DNA from: an uncultured virus (IMG/VR IMGVR_UViG_3300036766_000639)
Taxonomy: Duplodnaviria > Heunggongvirae > Uroviricota > Caudoviricetes
Direction: 5' to 3' (one strand)
IMG/VR virus record: IMGVR_UViG_3300036766_000639
DNA length: 64,000 bases
Under the pieces are notes generated by a model. That model saw nothing but the letters and a program-made list of their open reading frames with translations, searched no databases and was not told the origin of the DNA. A program made the position numbers and the translations under genes. This document shows, one piece after another, positions 47,639 through 57,719 of the stretch (position 1 is its first letter; every line of letters begins with the position of its first letter).

Positions 47639-48126
47639 TCAGGCGTAAGCACCGAAGCTCGCAGCTCAGCCAAGAGGACGTAGGCTTGCGTCAGGCCGAT
47701 CTCCAGCGCCAGCTGCTTGAAATGCCGGTCACGGGTCACTGGCGTAATCGGCGTAACCTCTGGAGCCGGGACCGGCTTTGTAGCAACACGCCAGCCACCA
47801 TCGGCATCCCGAGTGAGGTTGGACTTGTAGGTCAGCGCGATCACCTTGTCGCCCTCGGGCTCCCCAAGGGTCACCGCCTGGGCCGCCTTCTTGGCCGCCT
47901 TCCTGCGCGCAACGAAGGCTTTCCCAACATCAGCAGGAACGCGCACCACAACGGACTTGGCCTTGAACTTGGCCGCCGTCTTCCACCGCACGGCGTAGAC
48001 ATACTTCTCCGTGAACTTGAGGCCAGCCTTGGCGCCAAGAGCCACCACATCCTTCACGCTGGCCTTTGGGTACCGTCGAACGAACGCCGACTTGTTCGCC
48101 GCCCTAGTCACAGATTTCTTCTTCAT
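47635..48126 (-). CDS. basic, nucleoid-associated-like DNA-binding protein
   Basis: NKSAFVR...KDVVAxGxKAGLxxxxxYVYxVR and C-terminal LALEIGLxxAxxLL. Confidence 0.6.
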   Translation of the reverse strand: MKKKSVTRAANKSAFVRRYPKASVKDVVALGAKAGLKFTEKYVYAVRWKTAAKFKAKSVVVRVPADVGKAFVARRKAAKKAAQAVTLGEPEGDKVIALTYKSNLTRDADGGWRVATKPVPAPEVTPITPVTRDRHFKQLALEIGLTQAYVLLAELRASVLTPE

Positions 48127-48208
48127 GTCGTTGTCTCCCTAATGCCCATTTGACCCGCGCTTTCTCTACGGTCGTACCCCACCGATTCACCATGTGTGTG
48201 TTTCGTTT

Positions 48209-49363
48209 TCAGCCGCGATTCAGCAAAGCTGCCGCCCGATCGACCGCCTCGGTAAGCCGCTCTATTGGTACCGACTTCTTTCCATCCGGGATGATCCTGG
48301 CGGCCACGATTGCCTGTAGGGCTTCGCGCAAAACCGTCCTCTCCGCGGTCAGCACCGTTCGCTCCAGGCGCCCCAGCGCTTCTAGGTCCGCGTCTCTCAG
48401 GCGCCCGGCGACGTCCTTGGCGTACTCGGCGAGCCAGCCGTTGGTAAAGGTCATCGGCGGCTTCAGCTCGCGCGCGAGCTTTGCGACCATCCCAACCGGC
48501 ACGCTGTCCCGCATCAGCAGGTAGAGAAAGCCGACCAGTGGGTCATCAGACGCGACCTGCCCCGAGCGCTCGAACACCGCTTGCTGGTCCGGATCTCGCC
48601 CGAGAAAGACACCCTCGGCAGCGTCCAATCCGGACGATTTCTGGACCTTGGGCTCCGCCGCCGCCGCCGCAGCCGCCGTCGGCCAGGGCTTGTCCGGCTT
48701 TACTTCGATGCTCGGTCGCACGGCCCCGACCACGCCGAGATAGCGCTCGACCTGCGCCATGGCCTCGACGAGGGAGCGCGCGATCTCCGCGTCCTCGTGC
48801 AATGGCGACCAAGCCGCGGGCTCCCCGTGAGAGTCCCAGAAGATGACCCCTGGACCGGTGCGGCTGGAGTCGTCCCGCAACGTCCACATGGGTTTGCCGT
48901 TGTACGGCTTTGGGAGCTGGCGCCATGTCCGCCTGACCGGCTTGTCGCCCACCGGCCGTGAATTGGTCATCGTCTTGCGCATCTCGATGCGCCCCGCCGA
49001 CTGGCCGAGCCGGTAAATGCTCTGCGCGGTATCACGCCAAAATGAACCGATCTCTGGGTTCGGCTTGCCAGTGTTTCCGGCGACCTCTCGCCACAGCCAC
49101 GCGCCGATATCGGCCAATCGACCAGCGCCCTCACGCTCCGGACATTCGTGCTCGGCGCCCATCGACTCGCCGCACACCACGCACCGGTTCGTGGGATCAA
49201 TCGCGTCCTCGACCGACCGGATGGCCAGCTTCAGCTCGCGCAGCCAGGACGCTGGATTCGGTCCGCCCGATTCCTGTGACAGGGTCTGCCCGACGTCGGC
49301 CAAAACCTTGCCGCATACCTCGACCAATCGGCCGAACTTCTGATCCGTTGTCCCGTCGGTCAT
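48209..49363 (-). CDS. hypothetical multi-domain protein, probably leaderless
   Basis: ATG lies 6 nt after TTGACA-N16-TAGGGT. Confidence 0.6.
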   Translation of the reverse strand: MTDGTTDQKFGRLVEVCGKVLADVGQTLSQESGGPNPASWLRELKLAIRSVEDAIDPTNRCVVCGESMGAEHECPEREGAGRLADIGAWLWREVAGNTGKPNPEIGSFWRDTAQSIYRLGQSAGRIEMRKTMTNSRPVGDKPVRRTWRQLPKPYNGKPMWTLRDDSSRTGPGVIFWDSHGEPAAWSPLHEDAEIARSLVEAMAQVERYLGVVGAVRPSIEVKPDKPWPTAAAAAAAEPKVQKSSGLDAAEGVFLGRDPDQQAVFERSGQVASDDPLVGFLYLLMRDSVPVGMVAKLARELKPPMTFTNGWLAEYAKDVAGRLRDADLEALGRLERTVLTAERTVLREALQAIVAARIIPDGKKSVPIERLTEAVDRAAALLNRG

Positions 49364-49393
49364 CTCGCAACCCTATCGCACGGGTTGCGTTTG

Positions 49394-49870
49394 TCAATGA
49401 CCGTTTTCCCACTCCGGCAACGTCCGAAACTCGACTGGACGATTTCTAGCCTTGGCTCGCTCGATGCCAATGGTCATCCCGGTTGAGATGCCGAGGTCCG
49501 TGTAGACCACGGTCAGGTCGGCCGCCTCTCCCCAGACGAGTCCCGCCTCGATTCCGAGCGCCCGCTCCTCGGGCACGTCGTCGTCGAGCACCAGCGGGTA
49601 GAACCCGTGGCTTGCAAACGGGGCTTCCGTTCGGCCCAGGCAGTCCTTGATGGCCGCCTTGAGGTAGGCGAGGTTGCGCACGCGATCGCCCGCGAACGGG
49701 CTCTCAATGAGAACTCGGGCCGCCACATTCTCCTGCCTGTCACAGACGGTGCACCGGAACGGTTCGGCCTTCTTGTAGCCGCGGTAGAACGAGACGAGTC
49801 CACCGCACCAGTTGCACCACCGGCCGCGGTGCTCGTAGGTCCCCGGAGGCTGAGCTTTTACATAGGGCAT
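49394..49870 (-). CDS. nucleoside 2-deoxyribosyltransferase-like fold protein
   Basis: VLIESPFAGD, PFASH, LDDxxPEER and VVYTDLGISTGM motifs. Confidence 0.65.
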   Translation of the reverse strand: MPYVKAQPPGTYEHRGRWCNWCGGLVSFYRGYKKAEPFRCTVCDRQENVAARVLIESPFAGDRVRNLAYLKAAIKDCLGRTEAPFASHGFYPLVLDDDVPEERALGIEAGLVWGEAADLTVVYTDLGISTGMTIGIERAKARNRPVEFRTLPEWENGH

Positions 49871-50050
49871 TCGATCACTCTTTCTTGTCGTCGGCACTCG
49901 TCTGCCGACCAGCTGCAAGTCCGTCCATAAACAGCTCCCACATGTATAGGTAGTGGCCGTCCCTCATGACCATGCGGCCGTCCGCGGTCAGGTAGTTCCG
50001 GGCCTTCAGAGCGGCCACGAAAGCGACGTCGTCCTGCCATCGTCGAGCGG

Positions 50051-50413
50051 TCATGGGCTGGTCCTCCGTAAGTGCTTGGTCAGAACGTCGTTGAGTGTTG
50101 TCGGCTCGGGATGGCTCGGTGACCGGCGTTGGCGGGCGTGTCTAGGACACAGCCAGACAACATCGCCGGGCTTAGAGTGGTCGTCGTGGTGAGCGTGGAC
50201 TGGCTCGCTGCCGCACTCCTCGCACGGCTGGCGCACCAGCTCCCCGCGCTTGACGAGCTGGTAGGTATTCGCTCGGCACCTGGACATCGCCTTCTGCTGC
50301 TCCGTCAAGTCGCTGTACGGGACAAGACGGGAACGCGCGTAATCGCTGAAGCACTTCCGGCACCATTTCTGTCCGGAGATCGCGTCGGCGGCCCGGCACC
50401 GTGAGCACTGCAC
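50051..50413 (-). CDS. HNH-like zinc-binding protein
   Basis: GELVRQPCEECG...HAHHDDHSKPxDVxWLCxxH. Confidence 0.7.
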   Translation of the reverse strand: MQCSRCRAADAISGQKWCRKCFSDYARSRLVPYSDLTEQQKAMSRCRANTYQLVKRGELVRQPCEECGSEPVHAHHDDHSKPGDVVWLCPRHARQRRSPSHPEPTTLNDVLTKHLRRTSP

Positions 50414-50500
50414 GCAATCCGTTATAAGTGTGTTTCACGGGCAACGCTAGGGCTTCTATATGTCGGACATCGAAGATCCCTCTAGGAATCCGCTCGAAAA

Positions 50501-50749
50501 TCACACGAGGCTCATCACGCAAAGGTCGTCAGGCAGTCCGTAGGTGCCGCCTTGCAACAGGTACGTGACGCGCCTGCTGACCCAACGGCCGGTGTACGCG
50601 CCGGTCGCGCGATCGTACTCGCGCAGGTGCAGGGTGTCGCCGAGCTGGTAACCCCGATCGTTGACCCGCGCCTCGAAGGTCTTGCTGCCCAGGTACACGG
50701 CTTGGAAGGGCTCGGGGTCACACTTGAGTTCGTGAAACATGCCGGACAC
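50501..50749 (-). CDS. DUF3850 (ASCH/PUA-like) protein
   Basis: HELK..P..F..V..G.KTFE.R.NDRGYQ.GD.L.LRE...YTGR. Confidence 0.85.
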   Translation of the reverse strand: MSGMFHELKCDPEPFQAVYLGSKTFEARVNDRGYQLGDTLHLREYDRATGAYTGRWVSRRVTYLLQGGTYGLPDDLCVMSLV

Positions 50750-51115
50750 CTAGCCGTTGTGAAGGTCTGGAACGCAATCGAGCGCGGCAAAAGCGTTGGC
50801 GTAGAAGGTCTCGATAGCCGGAATCGTGGACGTCGGGCCCAGGTGCAGAGTCACCGTGAACCCAGACGAACCCACCAGAGGATTGCCCTCGGGCAGGTAC
50901 AAGCGGGCCTCGCAACTCAAGCTGATCTCGGGACCGCCGCGGTCCGGAAAATGCTTCGCGAAGTACCAGAGGTACACCTCCACGAAGTAGAGGTTCTTGC
51001 CATCCGCCCCGCGGAACGCCTTCTGGTACCCCGTATTGTCGCAGACCGTTTTGCTGGACGGGAATGGCTTGTAGCCAGCTGCGATCAAGTCTTCTTTGAT
51101 GATCATGACTTTCAA
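50750..51115 (-). CDS. hypothetical protein
   Basis: Coupled ORF. Confidence 0.55.
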   Translation of the reverse strand: MKVMIIKEDLIAAGYKPFPSSKTVCDNTGYQKAFRGADGKNLYFVEVYLWYFAKHFPDRGGPEISLSCEARLYLPEGNPLVGSSGFTVTLHLGPTSTIPAIETFYANAFAALDCVPDLHNG

Positions 51116-51423
51116 CCTTCCTGGCCGCCGAACCCGTTGATCTGCTCCCAGCCCGTGCCGCCATACATTGGATTCGACCCCGGTCCAAAATATCTGTCGT
51201 TGCTGGACGTCGTAAAACCACGAGCCCGCTTCTCGGTCGCCCGGCCATCGTAGGCCAAGCCGTAGGACTTCATCTCCCGAATGACATTGGCCGTGGTGAC
51301 GCCGAGCACGTCGGCCAGCGCATCGGCCTCGGCGAAAGTGAATGACTCGCGGCCGTCGTCGATGACGTCCTCGGCCAGCTCCTCGACAGTGACAGGCCCG
51401 GCATTTATGGCGTCCATCGTCAT
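51112..51423 (-). CDS. hypothetical protein
   Basis: Starts MTMDAIN; C-terminal RGF...GGTGWEQINGF. Confidence 0.5.
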   Translation of the reverse strand: MTMDAINAGPVTVEELAEDVIDDGRESFTFAEADALADVLGVTTANVIREMKSYGLAYDGRATEKRARGFTTSSNDRYFGPGSNPMYGGTGWEQINGFGGQEG

Positions 51424-51896
51424 TCCTTTGCCTGCGTAGGGTTGCTGAGCGACTTCACGTATTCGGCGACGATTCGTTCCTTGCCAGGCGGCACATGCAT
51501 GACTCGGCGCCAATCCTTGCCGCCCATGATCAGTGCAACATCCTTGCCCCGCACGATCGAGCGCGCGAACTGCACGACCTCCGGGCTCTCGCCCCGGCCA
51601 GGCCGCGTCTCCAGGCCGATCAGCGTCGGTCCGAAAACCGTGTTCTCGGCGGTGAACACGACACCGAGCCGGTCCGGCCGCTGGGCGCTGGTGCCAATGC
51701 CGACTTTCCATCCGCAGAAGTACGTCTTGCACTCCTCGGGTCGGCTCTCGTAGATGCCGCAGCACTTGTTGCCCCGACGCAGGTGCTGGCACGGCACGTA
51801 CCGCCCCTTCTCGACGCCCGGCACTGCGAGCACCGTGCAGCACGCCGAACAGTCGCCGCACGACCGTTGCTTGATCTGTGGGAGCGACGTCTTCAT
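51420..51896 (-). CDS. YkgJ-like CxxCxxCC cysteine-cluster protein
   Basis: CGDCSACC...C.HL...CGIYESRPEEC..Y.C. Confidence 0.8.
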   Translation of the reverse strand: MKTSLPQIKQRSCGDCSACCTVLAVPGVEKGRYVPCQHLRRGNKCCGIYESRPEECKTYFCGWKVGIGTSAQRPDRLGVVFTAENTVFGPTLIGLETRPGRGESPEVVQFARSIVRGKDVALIMGGKDWRRVMHVPPGKERIVAEYVKSLSNPTQAKE

Positions 51897-51938
51897 TCGC
51901 CGATGAATCTACGCCATAGATTTAGTTTGTCAAGCGGC

Positions 51939-52214
51939 TCACTTCACGAGCCGAAACGAACGCCTGCGCGCCTCGACGTCTGACGAGGCTGCCAGGATCT
52001 GGTCGGACTCGAACTGCTCACGCATGTGCTGTTGAAATACGCTCTGCCCGTGTTTTTTCTGACAGTCGGCCGAGCAGGCGTGCGCTCCCACCTTGCCGGG
52101 CTCCGGGTGGATGCTGTGGCGCTGCCATTTTTCCGGCACGCGCCAGATCCCCATGCGGAAGTCCCAGACGGCGCTGGCCGTCAGCCCGCACTCATCGCAT
52201 TGGACGAAAATCAC
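51939..52214 (-). CDS. small zinc-binding protein
   Basis: CDEC...HACSADC. Confidence 0.5.
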   Translation of the reverse strand: MIFVQCDECGLTASAVWDFRMGIWRVPEKWQRHSIHPEPGKVGAHACSADCQKKHGQSVFQQHMREQFESDQILAASSDVEARRRSFRLVK

Positions 52215-52426
52215 CCGCCGAGACTACCGCCCTGGAGAGCTACCAATCAACCTCTCACAGGCTTCGCAGAGCACATACGTCGGCATCATCGCTGGCACTC
52301 GGTTCCCGGCCTCGGCCTCGATCAGTGTCTCGGGGTTCGCCTCTCCGCACACGGCGTCGAACTCGTCGCCCTTGTGCGCGACGTGCACGAGCACGCGCTC
52401 GCGCGGAACCACTCGCAGCCGAGCTG

Positions 52427-52936
52427 TCACTTGATCACCAGCGTCTGATCGCCCAGCTCGATGTGCGCGCCCGGAACAACCTCGCCGCGGCCGTGGGCCG
52501 CCATGATGGCCGTCTTGTCCGGCGGTGGTCGCTTGGCCTCGGCGCGGTAGTCGTCCGGCACGGCGTCCTCGTTGTCGATGATGACCCGTTCCTTGGCCGC
52601 CGACAGATAAACCGTGAACAGCGGCGTCTTGATCTTGTCACGCTGGGCGATCTGCATGCTCTCGCGGACGTACTTGCGCAGCCGCTCCTTGTTGCCCTCG
52701 ATGGACTTGCGCCGCTTGGCGATACGGACCTCCTCGGCCCGGAGCGCCTCCATGTCGGCATCCAAGTGCCTGATCACCTTGGCGCAGCCCTCGACCTTGT
52801 CGTCGATGGCGCCGCCAATCGCATTGAGAGCGGCGTCGAAATCCGAATCGACCTCGCCGGTTTCCTCGTCAACGTAATCGCGACTGTTGCTGAGGAGCTT
52901 CGCGTATTCACCTACCAACTCGTAGAGCTTCGCCAT
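52427..52936 (-). CDS. siphovirus Gp157-family protein
   Basis: KLYEL...IDDKVE...L..Y...M......IKTPLFTV...PDKTAI......G..VPGA. Confidence 0.85.
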   Translation of the reverse strand: MAKLYELVGEYAKLLSNSRDYVDEETGEVDSDFDAALNAIGGAIDDKVEGCAKVIRHLDADMEALRAEEVRIAKRRKSIEGNKERLRKYVRESMQIAQRDKIKTPLFTVYLSAAKERVIIDNEDAVPDDYRAEAKRPPPDKTAIMAAHGRGEVVPGAHIELGDQTLVIK

Positions 52937-53491
52937 GGTTCTTCTTCTCCGTTCTGGTTCTACTTCTGTGCTGCCCACGCGCCGACCGGCACCGTGAGTG
53001 CCGTCGCGGGATCCAACCCCAACTGAAGCCGCCGGTAGAGCGTACTTCGTCCCATGCCGATCCGCCGGGCATGCTCCAGCGGGGTTGCCTTGATGCCGTC
53101 CAGCTCGACCCGAAGGGCCTGCCCACGATACCTGGCCAGATACCGACACCTCGATGAGCAGTACAGGCGGCCAGGGAGCGATGCTCCACCGCACACGCCG
53201 CACTCGGCCGGGCCGTATCGCTCCAGGCGAGACATGAGCCGCCCGCCACCGGCCAGGCGCTCGCGCAACGTCAGCACATGAACATCAGGGTCACTGTCCG
53301 GCGACCGGTCTTCCTCGTATGCATCAAGGCACGCGCGACAGTAGATGCAACCGGCAGCAGCAATCTGGCCGCATCCGGCGCTGCATGGCACACCCTGTGG
53401 AAATCTGGCGATCACTCACCGGACATTACCCGGTCACCTGCGATTGTCAAAAAACTTGAAAGTCAGGGATCGGGGTCGCTTCCGTTGATCT

Positions 53492-54688
53492 TCAGGCGTC
53501 CCACCCGCCGACCTGCACGTCAACAACGTCCCACCCGCCGATGATGGCAGAGTCTAGCAGTCTTCCGGAAAAGGCTTCATACGAAAGCCCCTTGCCTGGC
53601 TCGCTCTTGTGAGCTTTGACCTTGATCATGCTGCCTGATCTCATGTACTTGCCGTTCTTGCCTACGATGCTGAGCGCATAGATGCTCTGCTCCGCGGTCT
53701 TGCCGCCGCTCCCTTCCAGCATCCTGAGCATGACCGCGAGCACCTGTGGCGTGGTCATCTCAGCCAGGCGCTGGCGGTTGCTCTCGTTGAGATTGTCGTG
53801 CATCGCGACGGCCGCCTCGGCCGTGTAGTGGTCCACGTAGACCCCGTGGACCTTCATCGGCGTCTCGCCCTCGGCCACGACGCGCAGCTTGTCGATCACG
53901 GTCGTGCCGTGCGCCTCGTCGAGCATCATGTCGAAGCGCTCAACCGTCATGCTCTCGCCAACGATGAACGGCAGCGTCGGGTCATGGCCGACGATCTGGA
54001 TCGTGTCGGCCATCTCGTAGTCGCCGGGAACGGTGGACGACGGGAACGTGAACATGCCCGTGTGCGGGTTGTACTTGAGCACCTGCGTGCCGACGAGCGA
54101 GATGTGTCCATCCGGGTTCTTGAGCATCCCATGGGGCTGGCTCACGACTGCGTCGCCGAAGTCCTTGCCGCCGCGGCCTGAGAAGTCGCCTGGTGACTTC
54201 ACCGATTTCGGAGCTGGCGAGAAGTCACCGTAGAGCGACCTCGCGATGGCCTCGGGCTGCATCAGCGCCGAGTCGCCGCTCTTGCCGATGATACGGAAGA
54301 CCTGCTGGGTCAGCTGGATCTTGTCGCCAGGCTTGATCGAGCCCATGGCGCTCACGAACTGGTCTTCCTCGGTCACCCGGCCACCGGTGCCTGCCACGGC
54401 GTCGAGGTGTGCGAGCGCCGCGTCCACGGTCTCGCTGAGCCTGCTCAGCGCCTCACGCGGGGAGCCGCGCAAGACGTCAAGCGCGTTGGTGCCGCGTGTG
54501 ACTTTCTCGGCCGCCTCGGCCAGCGCCGTAATCACAGCGTCTGTCTGGGACCGGAGCGCCGTGCCGAACGCTCGATGCATTCTGACCATCTCGACGGCTT
54601 CCTTGAGCGAGTCGGACTCAGGCGCGGGCTTGCCCGGACGACCTTCGGCCAAGATTCCACGCACTTCGTCTGCTACCGACTGAGCCAT
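53492..54688 (-). CDS. putative prohead core / internal head protein
   Basis: VDHYTAEAAVAMHDNLNESNRQRL resembles the VDxxTAxAxxxxxDxxNxxN motif of T4-like prohead core proteins. Modules are delimited by EG/ES. Confidence 0.55.
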   Translation of the reverse strand: MAQSVADEVRGILAEGRPGKPAPESDSLKEAVEMVRMHRAFGTALRSQTDAVITALAEAAEKVTRGTNALDVLRGSPREALSRLSETVDAALAHLDAVAGTGGRVTEEDQFVSAMGSIKPGDKIQLTQQVFRIIGKSGDSALMQPEAIARSLYGDFSPAPKSVKSPGDFSGRGGKDFGDAVVSQPHGMLKNPDGHISLVGTQVLKYNPHTGMFTFPSSTVPGDYEMADTIQIVGHDPTLPFIVGESMTVERFDMMLDEAHGTTVIDKLRVVAEGETPMKVHGVYVDHYTAEAAVAMHDNLNESNRQRLAEMTTPQVLAVMLRMLEGSGGKTAEQSIYALSIVGKNGKYMRSGSMIKVKAHKSEPGKGLSYEAFSGRLLDSAIIGGWDVVDVQVGGWDA

Positions 54689-54719
54689 AAGATCCTCCGC
54701 TTGAGCTGGTGCGAGTCTA

Positions 54720-57719
54720 CTACAGAAGCGCGTGTCCGAGCGCGCCAGCAAACCCGGAATCCTCCGCCTTGGCACTCTTGCCGCCGGTGATCTCCGCGTC
54801 CTCTGGATGCACGGTCTGCAAACCGGCCTTGTCCCACTTGACCTTGACCGCTCCGCTTCCCTTCTTGGGGTTGTCTGACGGCCAGCGCCCGTACTCGTTG
54901 CTGACGACCGTTCCCATCTCACCCTTCTTCGGGTGGTACTCGCGGTACATGCTCGCCCTCATCGCGGCGGGGCTGAACTTCACGCGCGATCCTGCGTGGA
55001 ATGACGGCTTAGCCATCTCGGTCGCCTCGTCCAGATCGATATCCTCGTTGGACTTCTGCACCGTGATCTTCGGCAGCTTGCCGCTGGAGACGAAGGCGTC
55101 GATCTGCTTCACCAGCTTCGTGACCGGCGGGAAGCCGTCGTTGAACCGCTTGCTGAGAGACCACTTGAGCTTCTCCATGGCCTCCGACGAGTCGCTGCCT
55201 TCGACGTCCTTGACGTCGTCTCGGACCTTGCCCAGGGCGCCAAGCAAGAGACTGAGCCGGTGGATGTTGCCGCGGCCGCCGCGCTTGGTTTCACCGGCGA
55301 TCTGCTTCTTGTCGTACTGCGTGAGGTGGCTCGACAGGATTGTCAGAAAGGTTCCGACCTTGCCGTTCGTGGCCTCTGTCAGGTTGGCGCCGTCGCCGTC
55401 GAGACTGTCCTCTTTGACAGCACGTAACGGCTTCATCTCGTAACTGAAGTCGTCCGGCTTGCCGCCACTCTTGGCGATGATGCCCTTGGCCTGCTTCACG
55501 GCGTCGTCCTCATCACGAGCTGTGACCGTGTGAACCGGAAGCTTCTTGCCGGACTTGAGGTTGGTGGCCCATCCAGAGAACTTTTTGCCGCCGCCCTCGC
55601 TGAGCTTGTACTTATTGATCGCAGCCACGACCGCGGCCTCGATGTCTTCACCGGACGCGGCCGCATCGGCGCCAGCCTTGTGGATCTTGCCGAGGTCCAT
55701 GATGTGGAACTGGATGTTGTTGCCGTGCTGCTTGAACAGCCGGTTGATCTCGGCATCGAGCTTCTTGCCCTTGAGTTTGGCAGCCTCATCCAGCTCGCCG
55801 ATGCCAGAGGCCAGAGCGTCGCCAAGGCTCTCCGCCTTGCCCTTCTCTACCTTCGCGGCGGCAGAGCGCGCCTGCTCGGCCGAGTCGAACGGACCGGCGA
55901 CCTTCTTCCAGCCGTCAGCTTTCCTCTGGAAGACGTTGAACTTGCCGTCTTTGGCTGGCATCACGTCCGTGTCGCCGATCTTGTTCTCGCCGGAGCCCTG
56001 CGGATCGAGACCGCCCTCGTCGAGCGACTCCTTGACAAGCTCGCTGCGCTTCTTCTTCTCCATCGCCGCGATCAGTTCCTTGACGAGCTTGCCGCCCTTG
56101 TCGTCGTAGACCTTGTGCGACCGACCGCTCATGCCAGGAAAGTCCTTGCCGCGCATGCGATCGAAGTCGATGCGGCCAGCCGGGCCAGACAGCTCGAACT
56201 CGCCCATGCCCATGTGCTTCAGCTCCATCCCCTTGATGATGGCGTCCGGTTGCCAGGTGTGACCCAGGAACGCGGTGTCCACGAAGTAGCTCTTGCCGTC
56301 GAAGAAGTGGTGGCCGTTCTGCTCCTCGGTGAGCGCGCCCTCCATGACGAGCGCAACCTCGAAGGCGTCATCGGCGGACTCGGCAGAGACCTTCTTGGCA
56401 ACGGACTCGTTGATAACGAGCCGCTCGTACAGCTCGGCCGCTTCGCGCCCTGCCTCGTCGAGGTCGCCGCCGCTGAGCATCTTGTCGTATGCCTCGGCCA
56501 TGCTGACGCGCTCGTCCGGGGCGATATCGTGGATCGACTCGCGCCCTGGAACGGCGTCGTAGACACTCGTGAACTTCTCCTCAGCCGTGTACTGAGTCGG
56601 CTTCAACACCTTGGCTACGCCCAGCGGATCGACCGTCTCAGGCTTCGCCGTTTTGTTGTCGCGAACGACGTCGTCGATGATCGCGGCGACTGCCGCGTTC
56701 ACGTTCACCGTGGTCTCGCCCGGCTTGTCCGGCGGCAGCGCGTATGCCGGTTCGTATCCAGCGTCGCCCGGATCAGCATGAGCATCCACGCTCACGGCGG
56801 ACTCGCGGCCCTCGCCGACCCAGCCCATCGCCTTGAGCTTGGCACGCGACGGATTGTGAAACGCGGCGTCCATGACCTGGTAGCCGGTCTTCTTCTCGCC
56901 GCCCATTTTGTCGAGCGCAGCGTCGGCCGTCTTCGATCCGGTGAAGATGTCGTTGCCGACAGCCTTGCCGGTCTTCTTGTCGATGATGACGAACCACTGG
57001 CCGGAACGAGATGACTCGCCCATTGCTGACGACAGGTCGCCGCTGAGGCCCTCGCTCTTGGTCTTCTTGGCGCGCGACTTCTCGCAGTCGTCGCATCCAC
57101 AGTCCTCCGGCTCGCCGCCGCATCCGCAGTCGCCCTTGGCTTCTTCCTTCTTGCGGACGGGCTTGTCGCCCTTGACCTTGTAGTGCGACTCGTCGCCCTT
57201 GCCCTTCATCCACCAGGCCAGCGCCCAAGGGTTTTCAATGTCCTTGTGCTTCTTCTTCATCGCGAGGACCGTGCCCTCAAACCCTGGCGGGGATACTTCG
57301 CCGAGGTTCGCGCTCACGGCATCGCTCGACGCGGCCATTGGCTCGCGATCGCCGACGTAGTGCGGAGCCCGCGTCGAAGTGGCCCGCTGCGTGATGCTCC
57401 TGATCGCGTAGTCCACGATCTGCTTCTGCTCGCGAGCGTCCAGCTCCATTCCCTTGGCCGCCTTTTCCAGGGCTGCACGAAATCGCTTCTGGTCGTGATC
57501 CGAAAGGCTGCCGAAACCGCCACCGCCACCGCCTCCCTGGCCGCCCTTGCTTATGGCGGCCCGGTAGAGCTTCACACCCTCCCCTTCGAGTGCGCCGAAC
57601 AGCTCGACGACGTCCAGTGGCAACTTGTCGAGCGTTCGCTCGTCGAGTTCGTTGTCCTCGACCAGGGCTTCGAGGACCCGCGCTTCGATTACGCTCGCCA
57701 TATACTCGGTCATCATCAT
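54720..57719 (-). CDS. ~1000-aa modular internal-head polyprotein-like protein
   Basis: Many short basic modules between ES/EG/EA/LDE sites, including PPGFEGTVLAMKK...IENPWALAWWMK. Confidence 0.7.
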   Translation of the reverse strand: MMMTEYMASVIEARVLEALVEDNELDERTLDKLPLDVVELFGALEGEGVKLYRAAISKGGQGGGGGGGFGSLSDHDQKRFRAALEKAAKGMELDAREQKQIVDYAIRSITQRATSTRAPHYVGDREPMAASSDAVSANLGEVSPPGFEGTVLAMKKKHKDIENPWALAWWMKGKGDESHYKVKGDKPVRKKEEAKGDCGCGGEPEDCGCDDCEKSRAKKTKSEGLSGDLSSAMGESSRSGQWFVIIDKKTGKAVGNDIFTGSKTADAALDKMGGEKKTGYQVMDAAFHNPSRAKLKAMGWVGEGRESAVSVDAHADPGDAGYEPAYALPPDKPGETTVNVNAAVAAIIDDVVRDNKTAKPETVDPLGVAKVLKPTQYTAEEKFTSVYDAVPGRESIHDIAPDERVSMAEAYDKMLSGGDLDEAGREAAELYERLVINESVAKKVSAESADDAFEVALVMEGALTEEQNGHHFFDGKSYFVDTAFLGHTWQPDAIIKGMELKHMGMGEFELSGPAGRIDFDRMRGKDFPGMSGRSHKVYDDKGGKLVKELIAAMEKKKRSELVKESLDEGGLDPQGSGENKIGDTDVMPAKDGKFNVFQRKADGWKKVAGPFDSAEQARSAAAKVEKGKAESLGDALASGIGELDEAAKLKGKKLDAEINRLFKQHGNNIQFHIMDLGKIHKAGADAAASGEDIEAAVVAAINKYKLSEGGGKKFSGWATNLKSGKKLPVHTVTARDEDDAVKQAKGIIAKSGGKPDDFSYEMKPLRAVKEDSLDGDGANLTEATNGKVGTFLTILSSHLTQYDKKQIAGETKRGGRGNIHRLSLLLGALGKVRDDVKDVEGSDSSEAMEKLKWSLSKRFNDGFPPVTKLVKQIDAFVSSGKLPKITVQKSNEDIDLDEATEMAKPSFHAGSRVKFSPAAMRASMYREYHPKKGEMGTVVSNEYGRWPSDNPKKGSGAVKVKWDKAGLQTVHPEDAEITGGKSAKAEDSGFAGALGHALL

